Part shown: positions 1 through 11,672 of the stretch, in pieces
Layout of the letters: each line of letters begins with the position of its first letter
Numbering within the stretch: position 1 is the first letter of the stretch
Assembly: GCA_937968065.1 (NCBI GenBank)
Contig: CALBUD010000051.1
Span: 1 to 32,000, forward strand
Source: Candidatus Iainarchaeum sp.
GTDB lineage: Archaea; Iainarchaeota; Iainarchaeia; Iainarchaeales; CSSED10-239
DNA length: 32,000 nucleotides
Direction: 5' to 3'
Program-made: the position numbers and the translations under genes
The notes under the pieces: model-generated
The model's input: only the letters and a program-made list of their open reading frames with translations
The model's database searches: none
What the model was told of the DNA's origin: nothing

Positions 1-423
1 GGCGAGCTTTATGTAAAAGGTCCAAGTGTCTTTGGAGGTTACTATAAACAGCCCCAAAAAACAAAAGAAGCCCTTACGAGTGGCGGATGGCTTAAAACGG
101 GTGATTTAGTTAGCGAAGATAGGGATGGTTATCTAAAATTTGATAAAAGAAAAAAAGAGATCATTGTCCTTTCAACAGGTAAAAATATTGGTCCGGCTCA
201 CTTAGAAGAGATGATGCAGATGTCGCCACTTATAAATCAGGCCTTTGTTTTTGGCGATGAAAAAAAGCACGTTGGAGCTTTAATAATGCCAGAAAAGGAA
301 AAGGTTAAAGGACTTGATAAAAAAAAATTAGAAGAAGAAATAAAAAAAGAGCTTGATAGATTTCTTAATAATCAGGTTTCTACATATGAGCAAGTAAGAA
401 AATTCATAATTATTAAAACTTGA
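1..423 (+). CDS. AMP-forming (long-chain) acyl-CoA synthetase/ligase, C-terminal fragment; 5'-partial at the window edge and missing the usual extreme C-terminus
   Basis: The frame is open from nt 1. The translation GELYVKGPSVFGGYYKQPQKTKEALTSGGWLKTGDL...DKRKKEIIVLSTGKNIGPAHLE...VSTYEQVRKFIIIKT* shows the GWxxTGD and RKKxxI..S.GK signatures of the adenylate-forming superfamily. Family members normally continue about 35-45 aa past the '..KKF' position; here the ORF ends at TGA 421-423. The single Trp is TGG. GC is about 43% in the first 120 nt by hand count. Confidence 0.8.
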   Translation, partial: GELYVKGPSVFGGYYKQPQKTKEALTSGGWLKTGDLVSEDRDGYLKFDKRKKEIIVLSTGKNIGPAHLEEMMQMSPLINQAFVFGDEKKHVGALIMPEKEKVKGLDKKKLEEEIKKELDRFLNNQVSTYEQVRKFIIIKT

Positions 424-429
424 ATATTC

Positions 430-2604
430 TCATTCTTTAATAGATTTATCATTTTGTATATTATTATATACATTATTAATTACTTTTATTTCTGAAGTAT
501 TTATATGATGTTTTGATTTAAAAATGTTAGTAATTAATGATTTTTTAATTGGTTTAATTACATACTTTTCATCATGTTTTATTAAAATATAAACTAAATC
601 ATCTGTAACAGATAATACTTTATTATATTTATTACTTTTACCATCATTATATCCAATATAATCTCCTTTTTGAATTGGAAAGAATTTTCTACCAGTTGAA
701 ATATTATCATGAGTTTTTAATATTTCAGTTTTTTGTTGTCATTCAGCTTCAGTAAATTCATCTTCAAATAAACTTCTGTGAGTTTCTATTGTTTTAACTT
801 TATCTGTTGAAATAAAATTTTTATCATGTAATTTTTTATTTCTATCTAAAAAGTCATTACCTAAAATTGCATTAGGAAATACTTGTTTAACAACTCTTGC
901 ATGTTGTTTATTCTTTCCAGATTTTTTATCAAAATAATCATAGGTTATAGTTGCTCCTCTTATTGTAGCATCTTTTATTAAATCTGGAGGTAAATATTCA
1001 TCTTTATCAGATACTATTATAATAGATTCACTTTTTGCTAATGCTTCAGCATTTTTTTCTTCAATAAGTGTATTTTTATTTTCAAGTTTTCTATAAGTAA
1101 CTTCAACTCTAGATATATATTCTTTTTTAGCATCAGGCTCATCTACTTGTTTTATTCTATTTAATTCTCTATTTAAACTAATACTTGCTCTTGGAACAGA
1201 AATATATTTTCCATTTTCAACATAATAACCAGACATAGTTACTCCTTTACTATTCATAACCATATTATTATATGGAACTATATATCTAGAAATAATATCT
1301 CCAAATTTATCTTTTATATCAACAAGTATTAAATCTTCTTCAAAATTAATATTATTTCTAAGATGATTATATATATCTTCTGGAGTAGATAATAATTTTG
1401 TTATTTTTTTACCATAATAATAATCTCTTACTGAAGAATCAATTAAAGGTAATATCGAATTAGATTTTTGTAATTTTGCTAATTCAATATCTTCTTTTAC
1501 TTCGTTTATATATTGTTCTGATTCTTGTTTTTGTTTTGCTGTAATTTTAGATTCAAGTTTATTAGAATCCATTAATCTAAATAATATATGAATTCCTTTT
1601 TTAATTGAATTAATATTTTCTTCTTTTGATATAATTGGAGCAAGTAAATCTACTAATTTATTTATAGTAGTTTTAGCAGAGTTTTTATATCTAAATATTT
1701 TATTAAATTCTGGATCAATAAATTCATTATCTTCAGTAAAATGACCAATAAAGAATTTTTCTACATCTAAATCTGTTAAATCAATTCTTAATTTTTCATT
1801 TAATGAAGCATTATATTCTGTAAGTATTTCTAATAAATCATCTTTATTTATTTTTGTAGATATAGATTTAATTAAACCCATAAATAAAGATAAATCATTA
1901 TTGCTATTATGAAAAATTAAATGTCCTTTAACATTTTCATCTTTTACAACAACTGCATCATAAGTATCTGAGTCAAATTCTAAATTAAAAAATACTTGAG
2001 TTTTTCTATCATCTCCTTTATAATAGTTATTTATTAATTTTTTAATTAATTTTACTCCTTCGTGATTAATTGAAAGATCTCTTAAATCTTTTTCTTTGTC
2101 TGATAAATCATTAATTATATCTAAAGGAGAATTTACACCCTTTAAACCATTATAATTTATTTTAGATAAATATTTCTTTTGAATTGGATCATTTAATTTA
2201 TCTAAGAAAGTATTAAAAGTAATTTCAGTATATCTAGTTGATTTAGGTCCTTGATATAAAATTTTATCTGATTTATAAAATACATTTTTTCTTAATGCTT
2301 CAATTAATCCTACGTTTCTACTAGAACCTTCAAGTAATCTATTGAGATTATTAATTAAAGTATCTTTTTTAGATTTTTTAATAATAGATTTTATTACACC
2401 TCTTTGAAGTCCTGTATCAAATTCTAGTATTTTATCTATAAGTTTAGAGTCATCTTTTATTTGTTTACTGACTTCATAAAAAGATTCTATTTCTTTTTCT
2501 AGACTTGCATATAAGTCTTTATCAGAATCATTTATAGGTACAAGGCTAGCGGGCACTTTAACTTGCCCGCCGCCTGGTAACTTAATATAATAATAACATG
2601 CCAT
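430..2604 (-). CDS. Hypothetical virion-module protein (about 724 aa with TGA 739-741 read as Trp); 3' end uncertain
   Basis: ATG 2602-2604 overlaps the TAA of the upstream gene (TAATG). The ORF-track fragment 739..2604 ends at TGA. The same frame then stays free of TAA/TAG for a further 103 codons of non-repetitive sequence (..ILKTHDNISTGRKFFPIQKGDYIGYNDGKSNKYNKVLSV..) in about 20% GC DNA. The next TGA is at 430-432, and the first TAA (328-330) lies inside the synthetase fragment. The N-terminus is MACYYYIKLPGGGQ. Confidence 0.6.
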
Positions 2605-5600
2605 TAATCGCAGATAAAATTGATTAATAAATTTCTACTTTTCAATATTGATAAAATATTATTTGTTATAATATATTTAGAACTATCTTTAATTGTACTT
2701 TCTTCTATAAGAGTATTAATTGGAAAATTTCCATTCTTTAATACAATTTCTTTTCCTGATTTTTCCAATCTAAGTCTACCTTTATTATGTAATAACAAAA
2801 ATATTATATCTTGTTCTAAGTATTTTTCTAAATTATTTTTTAATGTTTTTTCTTCATCAGTTTGAGCATCCATTTCAATATCAAATACTTTAATTTTTCC
2901 TAAATCCACATTACTGTAAAAATTTAAGAAATTATAACCTAAAGTATTTTCATCTTTAATATAATCTTCAAACAAAGGAGTCAATCGTTTATCTCCATAA
3001 CTTTCATTATTAACTATAAGATTGTATAAATAAAATAAATCTTTATATTTAATAAGTCTGCCTTCTGCATTTCTAATTTTATAATTATCATTTATAGTAG
3101 AATCAACTTTATTAAAATTACTTAATAGTTCTTGAAACTTATCTATATTTATTGGTGAATTTAATTCATTAATTGGGAAAGTTGAAGTTATTTGAGTTGT
3201 TCAATGTCCTATTGAATTTCTAAGACTACTTAATTTTAAATTTTTAGCCAAGGGTGAATCTGATTTTTTTAATATTTCAAATATAACATTTTCCATTAAT
3301 ATTTTAAAATTAGCTATTCCATAATCAGTTTTTAAATCAATTACAAAATCTGTATTAGGAGTAACTACTTGAATATCATCTGGATATAATTCTGGATTTT
3401 TTTGAATATCTCCAATAGCTAAATTTTTAGCATTATTTGATTTATAAAATATTACAGATTCAATACCAGATGTTTGTATTAATTTTTTAGCATTAAATCT
3501 AATATGATCATTGTCTGTTTGTTTTAATCATTTTGATATAGTAAATTTATCAAAAGTAACTAAAGCTCTACTTAAAATAAGATCATTTATTTTTATACCA
3601 AAAGCATTATTTCCAAATCTTCCATTTAATACACTATTATTTAAATCAAGAATTTTTTCAATATTATCTTTAATAATATCTCTTGAAGTTGAGAAAGCAA
3701 AATTATATTTAGCAGATACTAAACTTAATGTATTATGAATTGTACTAACTCCAGAAACCATTGCTTTAAAGTGAGGAGAATTTTCTATTACATCAAAAAC
3801 ATTAATTGTATTTTTAAATAAATTATAATACTCTATTGTTGCTTTTCTATAATCATCATTTGCTTCATCCATATAATATCTAAAATCAAATTGACCTCCA
3901 ATTAAACTAACAGTTTTAGTATCAGGTTTTCCTTCTTTAGTTATATAATTAACTTTTATAGAATTTGCTTTAACTAATACTTCTTTTACATAATTACTTA
4001 CTTCATTTAAATAAAATTCTTTTTCTTCTTTAGTTTGTGCATTTTCTGCTAATTGTTTATTTTTATCGTCTTTTAATTTAAGTAAAGAATTTGATTCTAT
4101 AATTTTTTTAATTAATGTTGTTGGAACTTTATTAATTTCTATTAATTCATCTCATTTTGCAGGATTTCTTAATAAAACTATTTGTCTATTTAAAACAGAA
4201 TGTTCTCTAGCATACATACCAGATTCCAAATTAGATAAGAATCTATTTAACTCATCAACATTAGCAGCAGTTTTTTGATTTACTTTTAATATCTGAGCTA
4301 AAAATTTAAATTCTTGAGCACCTTCATATATTTCTCTAAATTGTTTTACTTCTTCTTCTTGACCTTCATTTTCTTGTAAATATTTAGTTAATAAAGCATC
4401 AACATAAACAGATTTAGATGATTTAAAAATATTACCTCTAATATTATTACTTATATATTTTCCTATTGGAGAATTCATATAAAGAGCAACATCTTTAATA
4501 CCATAACCTAAAGACATCAAATATAAATGCATAGATGCTAATTCAACTACCGCATTAATTTTTGACATAACTAACTCTTTAGCGTTATCAGTTGCTGCAG
4601 AAATAATACCTGATATTTCTAAAGCTGCCTGAATTTCAACATCAATTTCAGAAAGTTGTTGTTGTAATTCATCATAACCATAAATATTGAATATAGTATT
4701 CATATATTCTTGGCTTACATTAGTATTAGCTATTGTATGAATTAATTTTTTATTACCATTAATAGTAAATTCTTTTCTAAATACTTTATTATCATTATAA
4801 AAATTTATAGCTTCCTTGTCTATTAATACATCATTTTTATATAAATGTGTGTATCAATTATTATAATAATTACTTAAAGCCAAGAATACTTTTTGACCAT
4901 TTGCTCCAATACCTACGTCAGCTTTACCAACAGAAGCATCTTCTTGTTGTTTAAATGGTGAAATCCAATCTCAATTAGAAAGTAAATCTTCAGTATATTT
5001 TAATTGTTCTTTAGCAGCTTCAGCAGCTTTGTGTATAGAATCTATGCTAATTGGTTCAGAAGCAAATAAGAAATTACTTGGAGTACTAATGATTTCTTTA
5101 ATTTTAGATACAATAGAATTTCTAATAGCATTTCGTTTATAAATATATTCTGTACTTGTATTATGTTTATTTATAATATTTATATATAAATCAATAATTT
5201 TAGAATTATTAGCATATAAATTTTGATTTACAACTAAAGTATTATTAGTTTGTTTATCATCATTATTATTAGATTTTCTTAATACAGATATAAAATCTCT
5301 TATAATACTTAAAGGAAACATTGAAGATAATTTTTCAGGATCAGTTTCAGTTATATTATTTGATTCAATAAATTGAATAAAATTACTTATTTCTGTATCT
5401 ACATTATCTATGTTTGAACCTGAATCAACCGTTATTTCTTTACCGTTAGGTAAAGGAATTCTTTCTAAAATATCTAATTCTTCTTTAGTACTATAATCAA
5501 ATAAAGGAGTTCCTACTTCATAATGACCATTTTTATTAAATCCATATCCCATCATATAAGATTTATCAATATCAAAGTCAGAACCTTGATATCAAATTTG

Positions 5601-8600
5601 AAATATAGATACATAAGCATCATTTGATTCAGTATTAAAATATGCAACATTTTTCATTGTCATGAACGATTGCATAGATTGAGCAGGAATACGAGCCGAT
5701 ATTGTTTCTAAAGATTTTTGCCAGCTTGCAAATTTTTTATTAGATAATGTTTGTAAAACTGTTTGTATATTTTTAGATAACCAAGAAGAATCTAAAACAT
5801 CAGAATCTCTTTTTCTATAATTATAAAATTTTGAAAATATTTTAAAAGTTTCTTCATTTATATTTATAGGTTGATTATTTCTATTTATAGTATTAGTAAT
5901 TAAATCTTTATTATCATTATTTAATAAAGGAACTATAGCAGAAATATCTTCATCAAATGATCTAATAAAATTCCATAAAGAATATTGAAGATTTACATTT
6001 AATTGTCTAAATTTATTTGTTTTATTAGTTGCTTCATCTACAACTTTAACTTCTTTACTAATTTTTACATAAATAATATCAACTCCATTTTTATGAACTA
6101 CTTTTGAATTTTTAGGTTTTGTATATAAAGTTCCTCCAGTTGAAGAAATTCTTCTTAATTCTGTTTCTCCAGTTTCATCATTTGTTTTAGAAACAAATAA
6201 TTTAAGATTATCTTGTTCAATAGGTAAATCATGTACAAATTTAATATATACATTAGGATTTCCTTCAGATAATACAAATTTTAAATCAGCATTTGTATCA
6301 TCTTCTTTAAAATTAGATTCTAATTGTTCAATAAAATATTCAGGTCCAGTAACTTCGTTTATTGATTTACCTTTAATATCAAATGCTGAATATATTTTAG
6401 GTAATATTACTTCTGCAGGAATATGATTATAATTTTCAACTCTAACAGTATTTAATTCATTATATAATTTTTTTGCATTTTCTCACGGAGTAGATAAATT
6501 ATCTCCTTGTGGAAAATATATATTAAAATCAATAGGTAAATTAGAATTTGTTCTAGGAATCATTATTCTTCCTGAATCTAATAATTGAGTATTACGTTTA
6601 GTTCAAGCATTTAATTTTTTATCTAATTTATCAAATGATTCGTCTGTACCATTTAAAGGAATTTTAGCTCATTCAGCAAAAGATGTAAGATGTTGTAAAT
6701 ATTTTGGATTAATAAAAGTTTTATCTTTATCAGCCTTTTTAAAATTTTCTTGAAAAGTATTTAAAACAAATCTTAATTTTACTGAATCTAAATCAAATTT
6801 ATTATAATAAATTCCATTTACTGTAAATGTAGTTTCATCAGGTTTTAAATCTCTCGGAGCATTATATATTTTAACAACTTGATCTGATAAACTATTTACA
6901 TTTGTTTTAAAATTATAATATTTTTCAAGTGTATTTAAAGTAACAGGTTTACCATCAATTAAAATAGTATCTCAAAGATTAACTTCACCTACTGTTATAT
7001 TATCATTGGGAAAAAATGTTTCTAAATATTTATCTAATATTTGATTATTTGAAAGAACTTTAACATCAGGAAGACTAGTTCCTCATTTAAAAGCTAATTT
7101 TCTTAATTCACTTTGTTTATATATTTTTCCATCTTTCCCTTGATATAATTGAACTATACCGTGAGAAGGATTTATGACAGCACCAAGACCAGGATAATAA
7201 CGAGTTATAAATTCATTATTCATTTTTGTAATCATCTCTCTAGTAAAATCTCTAAAGAAGTGTTGATTACTAAACGGTAGTAATTGACCTATTCCAAAAG
7301 TTTCAGCTATTGTTTTTGCTAATGTTGTTCCTTCAGAATTTGCTAAATTATATGCAAATTGTTTAGATAAAACTGTATAAAAATCATTAATTTGTTTTTC
7401 AGTTAAATTATCAGAACTAGAATAATATTTTTTAGAAGATTCTTTTATTATTCTTGCTATATCTTGATATACTTCATTAGCTAAATAAGCAGTTGTAGGA
7501 TTTTGAGCAAGAGCAGATATAATCTGAGTAATTTCTTTTATTTTAGATTCATTTGCTGAGTGATTAGCATCTAACTGAGGTCCAATATAATCATTTTTAA
7601 ATGTAGTGTAAGTTAATCTTTCATTACTTTCTCATAATCGAGAAGGATTTAGATTAATTTGTCCAGATTTAAAAGAACTACCATTAGATATAAAATGAAT
7701 CATTTTATCTTTTAAAATATATTTTCCATCATTATCAACATAAGATGTTACTAAATCATATATTAAATCATTTGATCCTTCAGAAAATTCTAAATCTTCT
7801 GTAATAGTATCAGCTCCTCCAAATGCTTTTCATATATCAAATAAATTTTTTACTTCAGTCTCGACAATTGGTTTAGAAAGAATACCATTAAATTGTTTTG
7901 TATCAGGATTATAAGAATTACCTAATATAACAATTTTACCCTTAGAAATAGCATAATTATTTATTTTATAATAATTTCCATTTTTATAAAATCCTATAAA
8001 TGGTAATTCTTTTGAAGTATATTCTAAATCTGAAGGTAAATCAAATGCAGATAACATTTGATCTTGTTTATTTAACATATTAACTTCAGATTTTGAAGAA
8101 TCTCTAATTACTTCATTTGTTATTACAAATTCAGCATCCTTTTTAAGAGAACTTCCATAAGGACTTATAAAAGTACCAATTTCCTTTTTAGTACCTTGAT
8201 AACTTTTACTTGGAAAAGATTCTTCAATCATTCTAGAATAAGCATAATTTATTCAAGTTGATCCATCATGAATATCTTGGGTATGAGTTTTTCCAGATAA
8301 ATTACCTAACTTTGCACTACGATCTTGTATAATTGCTCCATTAATTTTATCAGGAACACCTAATTGATAATTCTTAATAGGAATTTCATAAGTAGCTGTA
8401 AAAGATACATTACGCTTACTCATGTTAGGAAGTCTAAAAGACATTTCTTTAAAGTACTCTGTTCAATGAAGTTTATTTTTATCTATATCACCTTTTTTAA
8501 TATCTTTATCAGATAAAAATTTAGAATCAATAAAATTATCTCCCCTAAATTTTAATTTAGATTCTTTATCTTTTGATTTAAAAGGGTGCATATATTCTGG

Positions 8601-11600
8601 TTTAGTAGTAATATATAAATATTCATGTTTGAATAAATTGTTTACTCATAAACCTCTTTTTAATAAAGGATTTAATAAACCTGTTTTAGATTTAATTAAT
8701 ACTCCTTCTCCTTTAACAACAAAATTAGTCTGAAAAGATTTTTTATCAATTCCGAAAGTAGTTAATAAACTATTTAAACTTAAATCTTTTTCTTCCATTT
8801 TATCTAAATCACCAGATGAAAATAGATATTCACTATTAGAATATTTAATTAATTTGTTTATTAAAGAATTTTCAGACTCTTTTACAAAATGATTAAAATT
8901 ATCCTTATTTTCAAATATGAAAAAATTATCAATAATAGGTTGATTTAAACCTAGCCTAATAGATTTTCCATCTTCTGGAGATACATAAATTGAATAATGT
9001 AATTCTCCAGAAATATTAATAGAATCATCGTTAAGTCGTTTAGTTCTAATATGTTCTAATAAATCATTTAAAGTTTTAAATTCTTTTAAGAAATCATTTA
9101 TTTTCTTTATATTACTTTTTATTATTTTTATATCAGGATTAGCAACATTAACATTGCTAATTTTAACTCCTAATTTACTATATTGATCAAATATATTTCT
9201 TACTACATCTCAGTAATAATTATATGATTGAGTTCTAACTAATTCTAATAAATTAGTTTGAGTCATTACATTTTTACCACTATTATTACCTATAATATAT
9301 TCTCCGTTATGTTTAATATTTTTATCTATTATCTTATTAACAATAGAATTTTTATCTGAATAATTACCAATCATAACATTTATTCCACCTACTTTTGATG
9401 TAGGTCTAAAAACATCTAAAAAGTCATATTCAAAACTTGCAGTAAAACTTTCTAAAGCTGTTCAATTAAAAGCTGTTTTACTTTTATCTTCATTAATAGC
9501 TTCTAATTTTGTAGAAGTTCCTAATAAACCTCCATCTTGTAAAAATAAATTTCTATATTGTTCAGAACCAGTTTGTTCTAATAAATGTCTTTCTAATAAT
9601 ACATTTCCATCATCAAACATTAAATTTGCAAGTTTAAATGTTGGAATTTTTTCTCCTGTACTTGTAGTAGTAACCATTATAGCTTTCATTGGCTGATTTT
9701 CCAAGAAAATATCTAATATATCTTGAATTTTTTGACTTAATTTAGAAATTACTTCTGATTTAGATTTAACTTCAGCCTTTGTTAAGTCAGCAATATTTTC
9801 TTCATTTTCTTGAATAGCTTCTAAAATACCCTTTTGACCTTCTTCTTCTGATTGTCTAATTGAAACTAAAAAGTCTCTAACATACCTAGCAACTTTTTCT
9901 TTATTCTCTCCCTCATTAAATTTAGGATCTTTTAAAGCTTCCATTAATTTAAATGCTCCTTCTGGTCCTAAATATATACCTAATTTAGCATAAATCATAT
10001 TAGATAACTTTTGAGGAGTATCTGTTTGTTTTTTAATATTTTCAATTTCTTTCTTAATATTCTCAGACTCTTTAGCTGCATTTTCAGATGTAGAAGATAC
10101 TCCAATTCAAAATTGATTAGGAAGAGTTGTTCTTTGAGACAAATAAGAATATATTGAATTTTGTAAGTCAACTCTAGTTGCATTATGAGAGTGCATTTCT
10201 TGAAGTTCTAACTTACCTGTATTTTGATTATATACTGTATAATTTGCTCCGTATGAATTATTTACTACTTGAGATACTATATTTAAAATTGATCTTTTAG
10301 AATTTTTTTCTTTTGTTGCATTTTTAGTTAAAAAAGAATCCAAAGATCTTAAAACTCCAATTTTATTATTGAAAGTTACTGCATTTCTATTATTATATAA
10401 AGAATCTTCAGATACTCAATTATCTCCATCTTTAGCTTCAAGTATATTATGAATATACCATTTTAACATTCTTAAAGGATCTTTAGAGAACAATGTTCAA
10501 TTTTCAAATCCAAATGGGTGAGTATCTTTAGTATCACCTAATTTAGAAAAATCATCATCTCTTAATTTAATTAATTTATTGAAGTTTAATATTTCAAAGT
10601 TTTTTATAAAAGCAGCTAAAGAATATAAATCTTTTCTATCTAAATATAAACCAGTAAAATCTCCATTATTATCTAATAAAGGAATAGATTCAATAATAGC
10701 ATCAGATAATTGATCGCGAATTTCTTCTACTGATTCTGACATATGTTCTTCAGTTTTCCAATATTCTGTAGACTTTCCTTTAGGAGTTAAAGAATATTTA
10801 CTAGAACTGCCTCCATAATTAAAATCATTAAAATATTTTACGTCAATTTTAATAACATTGTTATAATATTTATAAAGAATATTATCAAAATTAACTAATA
10901 ATATTGCAGCATTATAAGCATCTAATTTTAATCTATCATTTATATTAGATATACTTCCTGTTAGATCAGGTATAATTTGATCAAATATATTTACTACAGC
11001 ATTAACGTTATTTTTTCCTAATAATGTTTCTTCTAATATTTTTAAAGTATCTTTATATAAATCATAGTTTTTAAAGTTACCTCTAAAATCATATAAATTT
11101 GCTATAAATTTATCTTCTTTATAATATTTACTTATGTTATCAATTTTTCCTAATTCTTTTAAATAATCAACAATAGTTTTAAATAATTTATTTTTTAATG
11201 ACTTAATATTATTATTAACATCAAAGTCACCTCTTACATAAGTTTCTATTGGATTTCCTTTTTCATCTTCTTCGGGATTAAATATAACAGCTTCTACAAA
11301 TTGTTGATTTAATCGTTTTTCAAAATATTTTTTAGCAACATGATAATCGCTAAATAAATCTACAATTAAAGGTGAATTAAAAATAGATTTTACATTAGAT
11401 ACTTTTTTAGAAATTACTTTCTTTCTAATTTGAGGATCTGATGCATTAAAATTATAATTTAATCGTTTAAAAACTTTTTCAATTCTATTATAAGAACTTT
11501 CAGTAAATTCTTCTTTTATCTTTTTTAAATTATAATCATTTCCTAAAAGAGAACGCACATATTCTAGTGCGTTCTCTCATGAAGAAAAACTTCCATTTTC

Positions 11601-11663
11601 TAATTTAGTCTCTAATTTTGATACTACTCTTCCCTGTAAATTAGGGCTACAAATATCGCTCAT
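2604..11663 (-). CDS. Giant protein (3019 aa) with a two-barrel (DPBB) RNA-polymerase-like catalytic motif; candidate virion-packaged RNAP
   Basis: I hand-checked frame 0 from ATG 11661-11663 (upstream TAA 11667-11669) to TAA 2604-2606 and found no TAA/TAG. It contains 22 in-frame TGA codons: 3201, 3528, 4152, 4854, 4971, 5592, 6483, 6603, 6669, 6972, 7083, 7632, 7830, 8253, 8463, 8646, 9210, 9462, 10107, 10416, 10497 and 11577. This joins ORF-track pieces 2604..2984, 3528.., 4152.., 4971.., 7830.., 8253.., 9462.., 10107.. and 10497... The motif ISARIPAQSMQSF-(25 aa)-QGSDFDIDK lies near aa 2029. Confidence 0.8.
5565..5579 (-). other. DFDID (DxDxD) putative metal-binding triad of the RNAP-like protein
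   Basis: The codons gtc/aaa/atc/aat/atc on the plus strand read D-F-D-I-D on the minus strand. This lies 38 residues after an R-I-P (5685-5693). For comparison, bacterial beta-prime has R-A-P ... NADFDGD at a spacing of about 35. Confidence 0.6.
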
Positions 11664-11672
11664 TTTTTATTT

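Noticed and set aside
424-738. An apparently non-coding AT-rich spacer between the synthetase gene and ORF 739..2604, as a possible att site, promoter or origin
   Set aside because: With TGA 739 read as Trp, the minus-strand frame stays open for 103 codons with normal amino-acid diversity. The stretch is therefore most likely coding. I saw no clear repeat or hairpin.
2620-2865. Plus-strand ORFs (2620..2865, 3511..3738, 20287..20499, 22539..22847, 27603..27887)
   Set aside because: They are antisense shadows of the continuous minus-strand frames in AT-rich DNA. Their translations are low-complexity and Phe/Leu/Ile/Ser-rich, with no start context or independent support.
2604-2984. ORF-track 126-aa ORF, which looks like an independent small gene upstream of 739..2604
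   Set aside because: Its 'M' is a TTG codon (2982-2984), and the same frame continues upstream without TAA/TAG through TGA 3201 and onward to 11663. It is the C-terminus of the 3019-aa protein.
9995-10183. Minus-strand 62-aa ORF in frame 2
   Set aside because: It lies wholly inside the 3019-aa frame-0 ORF, has a Leu/Lys/Ile low-complexity translation, and looks like a chance open frame.
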